From assembly GCF_009914755.1 (NCBI RefSeq), contig NC_060926.1: a DNA stretch of 64,000 nucleotides. One strand, 5' to 3'. The notes under the pieces are model-generated. The model saw only the letters and a program-made list of their open reading frames with translations. It was not told where the DNA came from and ran no database searches. The position numbers and the translations under genes were made by a program. This stretch comes from the human T2T-CHM13v2.0 reference genome, Homo sapiens. Shown here piece after piece: positions 43,501 to 57,560 of the stretch (the stretch's first letter is position 1; each line of letters begins with the position of its first letter).

Positions 43501-44210
43501 TGCCAGCAGCAGGGCAGGAAAGATGACTTCTTGGGGCTGTGTGCCTTTACCTTAAGAAGCAAGTGCACCCTGAATGCTTCTAATCCCGCAGCTGGGTTGT
43601 CTGGGTATTTGGATCTTTTTGGTGCTTGAGGTACTACCCAAGTTGGCAGGAAGCCAGGAGCCTGGGGGTGGAGGTGTCTTAGCCCCACCTGTGGCATGAG
43701 ACAAGAGGTCTTCTTCTCCAGCAAGGGATGGGTCTCTGACCCTTGGCTAAGAAAACTCAGGATTGTTAAATACGTACTGCATGGATAAGGTTGCTGTGAC
43801 CCTGAAAAAAGGAAGAAGGCTTTTGGGTGGTGCGTGGTTCTCCTCTTGGAAGTCTTCCCAGATTTCGCCTCAGTACTCTCTTGCCCTAGCTTAAATCTTT
43901 CCTTGCTCTGTGTCCCCTTAGGCAAGTGAGGTCTCCTCTCAGGTAGGCATGATATTAAGTGCATGTCTAGAGGACAGTTCCTTCTACCTGCCCAGGTGCA
44001 CTGGCTGAACTCACCTATGCCCACATCTGTGCATTGGCAGGTGATATAGATATACACCTGAGCTGTCCCCCTGAGCTGCAGACCTAACAGTAGGTGTGGG
44101 CTCCGAGCTGTTCCACATCAAAACAGAGCCGAGGACACATCTCCCTCACTGAAGCTGTGTCTCCTACCTATTATGGTCAACACGTCTCATCTACTCATTT
44201 GTTAAAGCTA

Positions 44211-44296
44211 GAAATCTCTGGAGAGTTTTGGAGCTCTTTCTCTGTCTTCACTTGAAATCTCTGGAGAGTTTTGGAGCTCTTTGTCTGTCTTCACTT
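44211..44296. repeat. 43-bp tandem duplication with one mismatch
   Basis: GAAATCTCTGGAGAGTTTTGGAGCTCTTT(C/G)TCTGTCTTCACTT twice. Confidence 0.95.
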
Positions 44297-45501
44297 TGCC
44301 ATCTAATTGGGTCAGCCCTCTCTGAGGGCTCACACCCACTCTTCCGGCACAGCGGAGCCTTATCTGCCCTTGGCCCAGAGAATGCTTCCAGTTCCTTCAC
44401 TCCAGCCACACCGGCAGCACTTCCCAGTTTAAAACGCAGATTTCATCATCCCACTCTCTTCTGCCTCCCCAACCCCACCAAACCTTGGTTTGTTCTCTTA
44501 ACGCAGTAAGTGCTTCTGATACCTACTGTGTGCCTTGGACCAAGCTGGAGTCTGAGAAGGTTGGGCCCAGGCATCCTCCCTACCTGTGCAGAGTTTAAGG
44601 TCTTGGGCTGGGGGTTGTATGTGGGGTACCTATCAAATAAGACCAGGGAGCGTGAAGTGCTATGGAGGGGAGCTCCTACCCCAGTATAGGGGGCTCCCTG
44701 GAGAAGCACCCTCTAAGCTGATACCTGGGAGAGTTGGGGGTGCAGGGGAGGGGTTGGAGTTGGGGCTGGATTGTTCGATGCCTTTCTTCTGTCTCACCCA
44801 GACTTCCTTATCTGCTAAACTCCTACTCATTTTTGTTTTAATTAATACCAAGATAGAATTTATCTCTCATAAAGCATGCCCATTCTAAGTGTACAGTTTA
44901 ATGATTTTCAGTAAATTAATAGAGTTCATAGCCATTACCACAATCCAGTTTTGGAACATATCCATCACCCCAGAAAGATCCCTCTTTTGTACAAACTCCC
45001 TGTCCCCGTCCTCAAGCCGCCAGTCCCCCACAGATTTGCTTTCTGTCTCTAGATTTGCCTTTTCTTTCTATGTTTCTTAGTGTGTTTTCATAGGTTCGGC
45101 CCAAGAGCTGTTTCATTTGGGCCTTCCTAGAGTCTTCTAGTTAGAATCAATTTATCCCCCAGCACCGACGAAGTGAGCTGGGTGCTTGGCCATCCCGCTG
45201 CTAGATGGCGAGCTCTCTTACCTGCCTCTCCTGCCTGCACCTGGCTCAGCACTGGCACCTACAGAATACCCAAGGTGTGTTGGCTGGACCAGCTGAAGTT
45301 GTGTTCCTCACATTTCTTTTGTATAACTCCTGAGTATCTAGCAGAGTGTGGGGATTTAAAATACAGCGCATGTATTGATGTGTCAGGTGATGTGAGCCCT
45401 GCTACATACATACCTTAACTTGTTTCATCAAGAACTTGTGAGGCAAATGGCAAATCAAAAACAAAAACAAACAAAACAAAACAAAACAAATCTATTTTCT
45501 A

Positions 45502-45916
45502 AGCCAGGCACAGTGGCTCTTGTCTGTAGTTCCAGCTACTAGGGGGTGCTGAGGTGGGAGGATTGCTTGAAATCAGGGATTTGAGCCTGGGCAATATTGT
45601 GAGACCCTGCTTCTTAACAAACTTTTTTTTTTTGAGATAGGGTCTTGCTCTGTTGCCCAGGCTGGAGTGCAGTGATGTGATCCCAGCTCACTGCAGCCTT
45701 GAACTCCTGGGCCCAAGCAATCCCCCTGCCATAGTCTCCTGAGTAGCTAGGACTACAGGTACACACCACCATGCCTGCTGATTTTTAAATTTTTTGTGGA
45801 GACGAGGTCTTGCTATGTTGCCCAGACTGGTCTTGAGCTCCCGGGCTCAAATAATCCTCCAGCCTTGGCCTCTCAAAGTGCTGGAATTATAAGTGTGAAC
45901 TACTGTGCCTCAGCCC
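45502..45916. mobile_element. Alu left-arm monomer (+, ~45502-45620) abutting an AluJ (-, ~45623-45916)
   Basis: Alu consensus motifs in opposite orientations. Confidence 0.88.
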
Positions 45917-46594
45917 AAGCCATTTTTCTAAATGAAAAAACTGAGGAGGCCCAGAGCAAATAAGTAGCCCAAGGGCATCAGCAGAAAGTAGAAGGATCAA
46001 GAATTAAACGAGGTCACTTTCTCTTCCGCCCTTGTTTTGGTAGTAATGATATGCCCTTTTATGGCCTTGCCTGGGCTGGTGTTCAGATTTTCCTGTACGA
46101 GTCTTGTCATCCCTTCCTAAGCCATGGAAGCTCCTTCTAGGGCATGAGTGCTGTGTGACACATGTTCACACAGTGTTGCCCCAGTACCTACCTAGTCCAC
46201 AACTGAACAGGTAGAGATGGTTCAAGCAATGTGTGTGTGTAGAGAGGTCTCCTGGTAAATAGAAGGGGCTGGGGGAGGGCGTTGAATGCAGTGGTGCTGT
46301 GGCCTTGGGTGGCTTGGTGCATTTCTGATGCATTTCTCACCTTGGATCATTTTCACTCTTTGAGGAAGAGAGCAGAGGATGAGATGCCATTTGACAGATG
46401 CACAAACCAAGACACAGAAATTGTATACCCATTGTACGCCAGGTAGATCACAAATGACCGTTCTCTCCCATGGTTGTAGAGAACTCTCATGGTGGACAGA
46501 AACCATGAAAGAAATCATGGTGGAAAGAACCAAGACATTCTTGAATCGGAGTATTAGAACCTCATTTGCAAAATACCTTGGAAAGATCAGGGAC

Positions 46595-46842
46595 ACTGGG
46601 GTTTGAATTGTAGTCTTTGCTCTGTTGTTTATTGGCTGGTGATGGTCTCTGAATCTGTTTGCTCAGGTGCAGAAAGGGGTTTTAGGCTGAGCTCAGATAT
46701 TGACAGGAACTACAATTCAAACCCAGGTCTGCAGATGTGGCAGACTGGGTTTGAACTGTAGTCTTTGCTCTGTTTACTGGCTGGTGATGTTCTCTGAGTC
46801 TGTTTGGTCATGTGCAGAAAGGGGTTCTAGGCGCAGCTCAGA
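46595..46842. repeat. Duplicated ~100-bp MIR-like segment with an inverted junction
   Basis: Copies at 46595-46697 and 46744-46842; inverted ACTACAATTCAAACCCA at 46709-46725. Confidence 0.85.
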
Positions 46843-48336
46843 CGTAGATGGGGACGCAGATGTGAGTACCTAGGTGAGTCTGGCTGGTCACGTGTGGAAT
46901 AAGTGGTGGTGGCTGCCATTACTCTTTAAGCATTCTTGGATCTAGTGCCTCCTCTGCCACTGAGTACAGAATTCCTTTTCAAATTCGGGCTTATGAGGCA
47001 TGTTTTGATCCAGGCTGTCGTAGCAAGGGATTTGATGCTGGAGTCTGTGACTGCTGTGCGTGTGGAGGCTTCCGGAAGGCAGCCAGTGCTGGTTACTGCT
47101 TGGAGTTTGGGGAGCTGCCATTTTGGATTGTCCTAGCCTCATGCCTTCTGAGAAGCATCTGTCAGGGTCCCTGATGCACCTACAGAGACCCTGAGCTTGG
47201 TGGTGGGGGTTGCACAGAGAGAGCTGCAGGTTGTTCCTCAGGCATAACGAGGCCCGGAGCTGGTGGTCCCCTCCCTCTGTGAGTGTGTGCAGAGCATGGA
47301 TCGGGTCTGGGAGTGTTCGTGCTGGCAGGCCGGAGGAGGACTGCTGGGCACACTTGCAGAATTGCGGTTCTGTACAGCAGTGTGTATCGACTGCAGCGCT
47401 CTTTTTCTCTAGCAGCAAAATGCTCAGCTCTCTGCCTTCTTTCTGTGCATTTAACAGACGTTTCCAGAAAGCAGAATTGATGACAGCCCCAACTCCTCCC
47501 TTTCACTCCCATCTTTTCTATTTGCTGCCCTGTAATCAATTTTTGGAGAGAAGTGAGAACCTCTCGAAATCGATCACCTATGTTGAAAAAAAATCATTTT
47601 TAACATCATGCAGTTTTCCGTATTTACTGTGTGTGGCTGGAGACACTCCTGGCAGAATGAGTGTGGGATGTAGGAGGTCCAGAAAAGCCCCCAGCTTCAG
47701 GGGCTGAGATAGGGCCATGGGTGGCAGAACTGGTTGTCCCCCCGCCCCCCAATCCCTCAGCAGTGGTTGAGGTGTGCTTTATTAGAAACTCTTCAGTCAT
47801 GCAGTTTGGAGCCCGTGCTGGTGATGCAGCCTGGATGCCTGGCAGGGGCTTAGCCTCCAGGGGTGGGACATGAGATGTGGCTGCCGTGGCTTCTCTGTGT
47901 CTTTCTTCCCAGCGAGTAAAGGTAGACGCAGGGCTCTGGCAGGTGCTAAGGCCCTGCTTGCCTTCATGCTGGAATGCTGGCAGGTACAATTTATTCTTAT
48001 TTCTTAGGAGGTGCTTTCCCCTCTTCTTTCTGAAGACATCCAGGGATAAAGAATTGCTGCTTTTATGAGCACATGTTCTTGGTGATATGCTGTTACCTTA
48101 TCTAAAAACAATACGGCCTGGCTGATTATTCTCAGAGCTCATTGTAAGGTGAAAGGTTATGCATTTGAGAATTATTTTCACAGTGTGGATGGGAGTGGGG
48201 GGAGAAGATGTAGAGCACAGGTAAGGAATTCCAGGTTTTGGGGCCAGGGATCGCCAAGCAGTGTAAAGGGCTCACTGTGGCCTGTAGCTCCTTCCCCCTG
48301 TGGTTTGTGCTGGGCCAGTTGCTGGCTCCCCAAAAC

Positions 48337-49526
48337 CATTATCACCATTATCATTATCACTATCATATCCATCACCTCACCATCATTATCACTGACATCA
48401 TCACTTTTCTCCATCACCATCATCATCATCATCACTATCATCCCCATCCCCATCATCATCATTACCATCATCATTGCTGTCGCTATCATCATCATCATTC
48501 CATTCATCACCATTCATCATCACTGTCATCATCACCATCATCATCACTGTCATCACCATCACCACCACCATCATCACCATCGCCATCATCACTGTTATCG
48601 TCACCATTCATCATCACTGTCATCATCATCGTCATCACTATCATCCCCACCATCACCACCATCATTATCACCATTCTCCATCACCATCATCACTATCATC
48701 CTCACCATCATCACCATTCTCCATCACCATCATCATCATCACTATCATCCCCACCATCATCACCATCACCATCATCATCACTGTCATCATCAACATCCAT
48801 CATCACTGTCATCACCATCATCATCACTATCATTACCATCACCATCACCACCATTATCACTGTCATCATCACCTTTCTCCATCACCATCATCATCATCAT
48901 CATATCATCATCATCATCATCATATCATCCTCATCCCCATCATCATCACCATCACCACCGTCATTGCTGTCATCATCACCATTCACCATCAATGTCGTCA
49001 TCACCATCATCATCACTATCATCATTATCACCATCATCACCATCACCATCATCATTACTGTCATCATCACCATTCACCGTCACTATCATCACTGTCATTA
49101 TCACCATCATCATCACCACCACCATCACCATCATCACTGTCATCCCCATCCTCATCATCATCACCATCACTGTCATCATCATCACCATCACCACCATTGC
49201 CATCACCATCACCATCATTATCACTGTCATCATCACCTTTCTCCATCACCATCATCATCATCATCATCACTATCATCCCCATCCCCATCATCATCACCAT
49301 CACCACCATCATTGCTGTCATCACCATTCACCATCACTGTCATCATCACCATCATCGTCATTATCATCATTGTCACCATCGTCACCATCACCGTCATCAT
49401 CACCATTCATCATCACTGTCATCACTGTCATTATCACCATCATCATCACCACCACCACCATCACCATCACTATCATCGTCATCATCATCACTGTCACCAC
49501 CATCACCATCACTGTCACCAACATCA
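48337..49526. repeat. ~1.2-kb degenerate (CAT)n/(CAC)n repeat with higher-order units
   Basis: Read directly; TTCTCCATCACCATCATCA recurs at ~48406, ~48674, ~48716, ~48875 and ~49239. Confidence 0.95.
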
Positions 49527-50431
49527 TGGTGCTTCTCAACCTTTGGGCTGCTTTGGGTCGTGCTTGACATGGCACATTCCTGGTGAGTTAGCTGTTCTTT
49601 GGGGGTTTTCTACTGTTGGTGTGGTGATTAGGGTAGTCAGGACAGGATGAGTATAGGCATAGAGAACCCAAGTGGATGATGGTGGAGTGTGATTCTTCTG
49701 AAAGGGTCTTCATGAGAACCACTGATCTAGAAGATTCTGGGAGAATCTCACGTATTCTTTCAGGCCCAGGAGTAAGCCAGTGTTACCTGCTCTGTGGAGC
49801 TCTCCTTTGTCCCTCCAGGGAGGACAAATTCTGGCTGGAGCCTGACCTTACTGCTTGTCCATCTCTCCCAGGGTGGTAGGCCACTTTAGGTAGGACCCTG
49901 TGGATTTCTCCTTGGTGACCCCCGCATTCTGGGCACAGAGCCTGGAACACAATGTCTGCCCAGATGTGTGACTGAACCACCCCCCAATTCCTTAACTGTA
50001 GGATGGCGGCTGCCTTCATTAGAATCTTAACACCTTGCCTGAGGGCTGGCTTTGCAGGTCTGAGTGGCTAGGTCAGGGCACTGCTAGTGTTTTCTATGTT
50101 TGTAGTCAATTGGTGAGAGTTTGTTTTACGCATTTGTTAAAACTGTGGGACAGTGGTCTGGAAGCCAACAAGGCTTTAGGGTTGGCAGAGTGACTCCCAT
50201 CCCATCATTGATGTCTGGCTTTGACTTGGCATGGGAGACATTGCCTCTCCAGATCTCAGTTCTCTCGTTTGACAAATGGGGCTTAGGGTTGAACAGCCTC
50301 TAAGTCCTCTGTCAGCTCTGCAATTCAGGAAAGATGTTTAAAAATGCATACTTGCATTGTAGGTACATCCAACATAGAGCAAAGAGAGAATTTTCCTAGC
50401 TAAATTGACTGCAAAAAAATGAAACCTCTTG

Positions 50432-50733
<302 letters not shown>

Positions 50734-51590
50734 GAATCCTCTTATAATATGCAGGCATCTTAGCAACTGCCATCTTAGCAACTGCCATCTTAAGAGGCAG
50801 CATTATGATTCAGAAGAAACTGATAACATTGAGGAATACATTTGTGGAGCACAGATTAGGAGAGATTGGTGCAGGGGTGGGGGGTGGCAGGAAGATATTA
50901 AGGTTGGAATTTAGGGAGGTGAGCTCTGTGGGTTGGTTTCATGCATCCAGCTCACCATTCAACCTTTCCTGTTAACTTCCTATATTAAGGAGGCTGAGAT
51001 TAAGAAGACAGGGACTCGTGGCGTAAGGGCGAGACAGACATAGAGGTGAGTGACTGCAGTGGGATATTCACTGTGGGAGCATTGAAGGTTGGCAGTCAGC
51101 TAGATTCTTAGGCTGTAGATCGGGGGCCTTATTTAGAAGCTGTTTACTGTTCCCTTAAGAGGATCCTCTAGCAGGAAAAACCACTGCTAGGGTTGTTGCT
51201 TTCCTCATTATAATGATGTCTTTATGTTCGTCTTAGGAGGTGATAGTACTGATTATTTAAGAAACTGGTCAGCCAAACTTCTTAACTAATTGTGAATTAG
51301 AGAAAAGTCAGAAGTAGGGAGTATTATAGAGATAAGTAATTGTATTATTTTCAGACAAAAGTATATGTAGTAATGTAAACTACTGACCAGATTTTGTTTC
51401 AAATTGTTTTTTTTAAATGAATTGCTAAGAATTATTTGAAATTAGCACATTAGCGGTAATAAGATAGTAGATATTAGATAGATTAGATTAGGATAGTAGG
51501 TAGTAGATGTAGGTATAAAGAGACTGAAAATCAGCTGTTTAAACATTTTTCCCAAATGTGGGGCTAGGAAGCAAGATAAAGAATTATGCA

Positions 51591-51909
<319 letters not shown>

Positions 51910-52280
51910 TCATTTATGTTTGGACGGGGAAGAAAGTCAGAAAATAGATGGGAAGGAAACATATCTAAATGTTAACGGTGGTTGTATTCCATGGGATCAT
52001 GGGTCTTTCTTGATTTTTCATGTTTTGCCACATTCTAAATTTTCACCAGTGGGCATTTATTATTTTTGCAATTAGACAGAAAAGAGCCTCCAGGAGGAAC
52101 TCCAAATACCCATCCTTTATTTACCCTCTTAATTTGCTTACCAAACTTTCTTGTTATGGTTAGACTGGCTGGCATCCATAATTTCCATACTTGTGATTAT
52201 TTAAATTAATGGAAATTTATCATAATCCCTTATTAAAATTTCTTCGCTGCACTGAAATTCAACACTGAGCAAATCTGTTA

Positions 52281-52655
<375 letters not shown>

Positions 52656-53998
52656 TTATTATCTAGAATATGGTTTTTCTTTTTTGTGTTCTTGAACTTG
52701 GGCGTTCACTTCGTTTGTTGACCTGGAAGGAGCCATCTCGGCGCCTGCTGTTTGAACCTTGGGTATTTTAATGAAGTGGTTTGATGTCCTGATACCACCA
52801 GCCCCTGCTGTTGCTTTTCACGGCCCTGGCTTTTCCAGGAATAATCTCCTTACTGTTTGTCATTCTAATATGTTTCAGCTCCCTTTTTGAAAATAACTTT
52901 TTCTGCTCCCCTTCCCTGCCCATTCTTCATGACCCCCAGAGAATGGGCCTGCTGGTCTCTAGCCCCTGTGAATTGGAAGACTCCTGGCGATGATCCTTCT
53001 TTTTCTCTCTGTGACTCAGGCGGTTGATGTTGGGTTGACCGTATTTCTTTGCTGGCTGGTAAGCAGGGCCACCTCAGCCCTTGTGAGGGCCATGCCTGAC
53101 TTTCAATGGCTTCCCTCCAAAGGCTTCTTAGGCCGTTCCTCCCCATCGTTTTTCAGAGGTTTAATCTGTTTGAGTCCAGGATATTGAGTCAGCAGTGGAA
53201 AGTTATGAAGATGAGGCCAGCCATCAGAAAAATTGGCTAATATGAAAGATTAATTCCAGGGTGAACAAAGGAGAGGGATGCTGGGGCCGGGCTGCCTCCC
53301 CAGGCAAATCACATCACTGTAAAATCCGAGAAACCAGAAGTTGCCTTTGCTACTCACTCAGTGGCTGCTTGCTGTTTCTTGGATTAGATATTGAAAGAAT
53401 CCCATCTTTATAGTCTACTGTTCATATTTATGGTCTGGAGAAGAAAATGTAATTTTCAGCAAAATTCTATCACGTCTGGTAAATAATTTCAGGATCTTTA
53501 CCTATGATACCACATTAAAAAAAATTCGTATGGCTTCAGCATTCAGAAATTGTTCTTTTCAAACTCTGGGCCCTCGGGTTATTACAAGATTTAACACCGA
53601 GGCAGGAAGCCTGCTCGCCTATCACTGGAGACAGGTAGGTTGCTATGGAGACCAGGTGTGTGTCCCTGCGGTTTCCTGGGTATCCCAGTTGTCCTGGAAA
53701 AGAAATCAGCTCACTTTATGTGATATTTCTGCAATAGTGTGTGTGAATTAAGTTTTTCTAAACACAGATCAGATGTTTTTGTTGACTTACAGTGTGATTT
53801 CTGACATAATTTTGTCCTCGGTTTTGTTTTGCTTAATTATGAATCCTACATAACCCTACCTTTTCCTATCAGAAGCACTTCCATGCATCAAGACCCCCTA
53901 TCCAAAACAGCCACAACAACTTCACCAACAAAATCTCTTAAAGCTAGAGATGCCTGCTTTGGTGTGAATGATGATTACCCCTTAAAATAATTCAACAA

Positions 53999-54297
53999 TT
54001 TTTTTTTTTTTTTTTGAGACAGGGTCTCAGTCTGCCTCTCAGGCTGGAGTGCAGTGGCGTGATCTCGGTTCACTGCATCCTGTGCCTCCTGGGTTCGAGC
54101 AATTCTCCTGCCTCAACCTCCTGAGTATCTGGGAGTACCGGGATGCACCACCATGCCTGGCTAATTTTTGTATTTTTAACAGAGACGGGGTTTCACCAGG
54201 TTGGCTAGGCTAGTCTCAAACTCCTGACCTCAGGTGATCCACCCACCTTGGCTTCCCAAAGTGCTGGGATTACAGGTGTAAACCACCATGCTCGGCC
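53999..54297 (-). mobile_element. AluSx
   Basis: Reverse Alu consensus; TCAACAATT on both sides. Confidence 0.93.
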
Positions 54298-56178
54298 TCA
54301 ACAATTATTATATATGGTTTGCCAGATCCTGGCCTGGGCACTGGGGATGCAAGATAGAGCAAGACCATTGGAGGCCCTGCCCTGGCGGAGCTTGTATTAG
54401 GGTTGTGATCCTAGACCACATGAAGCCCACAAGGGGGCCCTGGGCTGACCCGTTCCTGGCTCACATTCACTGTCAGCCACAGCTAAACCTCGGGGCCTGG
54501 AACCTCTCTTGTTGTCCCCATGGGACGAGTGGGCACATGCCTTGTTGGATGGACAATAACATCATCTGTTTTTGTTTGATGTGTTATTATTCAGAGGCAT
54601 TTTTCAGAATGGAGAACAGTGCCTTATCAGTCTGCTTCTGATAATTTTATACATGAAAAAAATCCTATTTGTGCATATTCTTGGGTCTCTCCCCATTTCT
54701 AAAGGCAGTCAACTTGGTGGTTGGCTGTAAAAAGCTCTTTACACTTCCTAGGACTTGTCAAATATTGACAAGTCTTTCTCCTTTCATCCAGTTCAGCACC
54801 AGCATCCTCAAACTCACTGAAACAGAGCATCCCACAGTGGCAGCCACTGTAGGCCCCAGGTGGGTATCCTACTCCTCCACCCCCGCCCCAGACTCCCCCA
54901 ACCCCAGCTCGCACCTGCAGAAGTTACGTCTTTGCAGTTATTTCAGGAGAAAAAGGCGGCCACTCTTTCTCTCCCTTCTTTGGGTTTGTGTTCAGCAAGG
55001 GTCTACTGCAGTCCCGGTGCCGGACAGCCTGTTTTGCCCATGCTTGTTAACTGATGGGGTCCTCAAGTGGCCTTGTGACAGGCCTGATAAGGCCGCACGT
55101 GGGTGTGGTTAGAGTTGATGACCGCTCCGGACATTGGCGATGTGAGGAAAGTGACAGACTCCAGCCTCCATGTGCAGCCGGTGATTGGCCGGGTGGGCTC
55201 GGTTTTCTAGTGGCAAAGGATGCTGTGATCTGAATGAGAAAACAAACCTCAGGCCCCAAGTGCCACGGGCTTAGAGACTTGAGAGGAGGTGCTTGCAACT
55301 CCATCTGGGAGGCTAAGGGCAGCCAAGAGCTGCTGTCTTGAGGCTGACCCACTCCCTTGCAGTGTAATGGGTAGTGAACAGGCCATCCTTTTTAAAGGAA
55401 AATAAGTGCCTCCCTATGGACTCTGTTCCTATCCTGCTACCCTCCCTGAAGCTTGAATAGCACCCACCCGTGCCTTCTCCATGCCGGCCCTTGGGTCTGC
55501 CGGGACCACTGCCATGCTTTTGATGGACACGGCCTTGTAGCGTCTATATCCTCATCTGTGAAATGGGAATTCCACAGCCTCCCTTTCGCAGGCTGCTTGT
55601 AATAGTTGCCATTAAACCTCTTCTGAACTCTAAAGTGCTGTATCAATGTAAGGACCATCATCAACATCATTGTCGTCCTCATCGTGAGTCTTTCCAAATT
55701 CACCTCCTGCTGCCCCAGCACGGGAGTGTCTGAGACTGCAGGTTTCCTTGATGGGTTCCTGGGGCTTCCCTTGTGGAAATTTGAGTTCTGAGCCTTCTGC
55801 ACTTTTCCATCCCCCAGTCTGGAGTCAACCTGTATTTTTCATTTTCCCTCTGCAAGATGTCAGCCCATAGGAGAGGCCTGGAGGCTTGCAGGGGAAATGG
55901 GACGATGTTTGAAGGAAGCCCCCGTGCCTGTGGGAGCATGCAGCCTCCTCCGTCTTTTTGTCTGCCAGGCAGGGGAGTAATTTGCCGTTATGTACTGGGC
56001 AGTCTGGGAGCTGGACTCTCAGATGAAAAATGCTTGTTCAAGCACAGACAGCCAGGCATGGCTCAAATCAGAGCATCGATTTAGCAAGCAGCTCTGCTCA
56101 AACAGCCAGCTGTGTGATCACCTTTTCAGGGGATGATAGGCTGACGGGCAGGTGGGGTGGGGTGGGGTGGGGTGGGCA

Positions 56179-56427
56179 GACTAATACAGGGACCCTGTGT
56201 TTGGGAGCCTCTGTTTAAGCAGAGACCGGGCCTGGAGAGAGTATCCCTGGGTAGGGAAAGGTGCTCTCACATTAGTGGGTTCCACCTGGCCCCTTGGTGG
56301 AGCTCCCATTCATTCATTCACTCATTCACTCATTCATTCACATCGTGTCTACTATGTGCCAGTCTCTGTGCTAAGAGAGTGATCCAAGCAGAAGGTCTGA
56401 AATCCTCAGGGATTCGTTTCCCAGCCG
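56179..56427 (+). repeat. ~245-bp local duplicate of ~57189-57433
   Basis: Colinear from ACAGGGACC(C/G)TGTGTTTGGGAGCCTCTG to CTCAGGG...; about 85-90% identical by eye. Confidence 0.92.
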
Positions 56428-56826
56428 ACTTATGCCTTACTAAGTGGAGCAGGTTCTGGGCTGCAGGGGACTGACTTGCTGCTGCAGGTCTGGGTCTTGA
56501 ACTAAGGGAGAAAGACAATGCCCATCTTCTTCTTGGCGCAGTCATTTGAGGAGAGGAGCATTTGCTTCTTGCCAACCTGCCTGCCTGGGAGGCCCTCTTG
56601 CTCCTGCAGCCCCCCGAGTCCCCTTTGCAGCTCCCAGTCTTGCTTGGGGTTGCCTCCTCCAAGAAGCCTCCTGGGCTAGCTCAGGCATCCTGTGGAGGCA
56701 CTGCTGGGCCACTGATGCCTGAGCTCCTGTGGCCTGGCTGTCTGCAGGGCTTCAGTCCTGGCCTTTCACTTCCCAGACATGAGTCTTATCTTTCCACTTG
56801 GTTAGGGCCTCCCCACGGACATGGAC

Positions 56827-57193
56827 GGATATGGTTTGGATTTGTGTCCCCACCCAAATCTCGTGTTGAATTGTAATCTCCAGTGTTGGAGGAGGAGCCT
56901 GGTGGGGGGTGATTGGATCATGGGAGCAGAGTTCCTCTTGCTGTTCTCATGATAGTGAGTGAGTTCTCACGAGATCTGGTTGTTTGAAAGTGTGAAGCAC
57001 CTCCCCCTGCTCTCCCTTCTGCTCCAGCCATGTAGGACGTGCCTGCTGTCCCTTCTGACGTGATTGTAGGTTTCCCGAGGCCTCCCCAGCCATGCTTCCT
57101 GTGCAGTATGTGGAACCGTGAGCCAATTAAACCTCTTTTCTTTATAAATTACCCAGTCTCAGGTAGTTCTTTATAGCAGTGCGAGAACTGACA
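56827..57193 (+). mobile_element. MST (MSTA-like, ERVL-MaLR) solo LTR
   Basis: GATATGGTTTGGATTTGTGTCCCCACCCAAATCTC...CCAATTAAACCTCTTTTCTTTATAAATTACCCAGTCTCAGG; 5-bp TSD TGGAC/GGGAC. Confidence 0.9.
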
Positions 57194-57560
57194 GGGACCG
57201 TGTGTTTGGGAGCCTCTGTTTAAGCAGAGACCGGGCCTGGAGAGAGAATCCCTGGGGAGGGAAAGCTGCTCTCACATCAGTGGGCTCCACCTGGCACCTT
57301 GGTGGGGCTCCCATTCATTCATTCATTCACTCACTCATTCATTCACATAGTACCTAGTATATGTGCCAGTCTCTGTGCTAAGAGAATGATCTAGGCAGAA
57401 GACCTGCCCGCTCAGGGCTTCTGTTTCTAGCTGGGAGCAACAACAGTAAACTAAATAAGCAGATTATATTGTATAATATAGTAATACTTAGAAGGTGATG
57501 AGACTGTGGAAAACAATACATTAGTGAAGAGGGTGAGGGTATTGGATGGAAGAGCGTGAG

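Noticed and set aside
46708-46722. ACTACAATTC resembling the ZNF143-associated ACTACAnnTCCCA motif
   Set aside because: The TCCCA half is missing, and the sequence is explained by the local inversion
48149-49650. Three long ORFs (472, 470 and 370 aa), His/Ile/Ser-rich
   Set aside because: Open in all frames only because the (CAT)n repeat lacks stop codons; no splice or domain evidence
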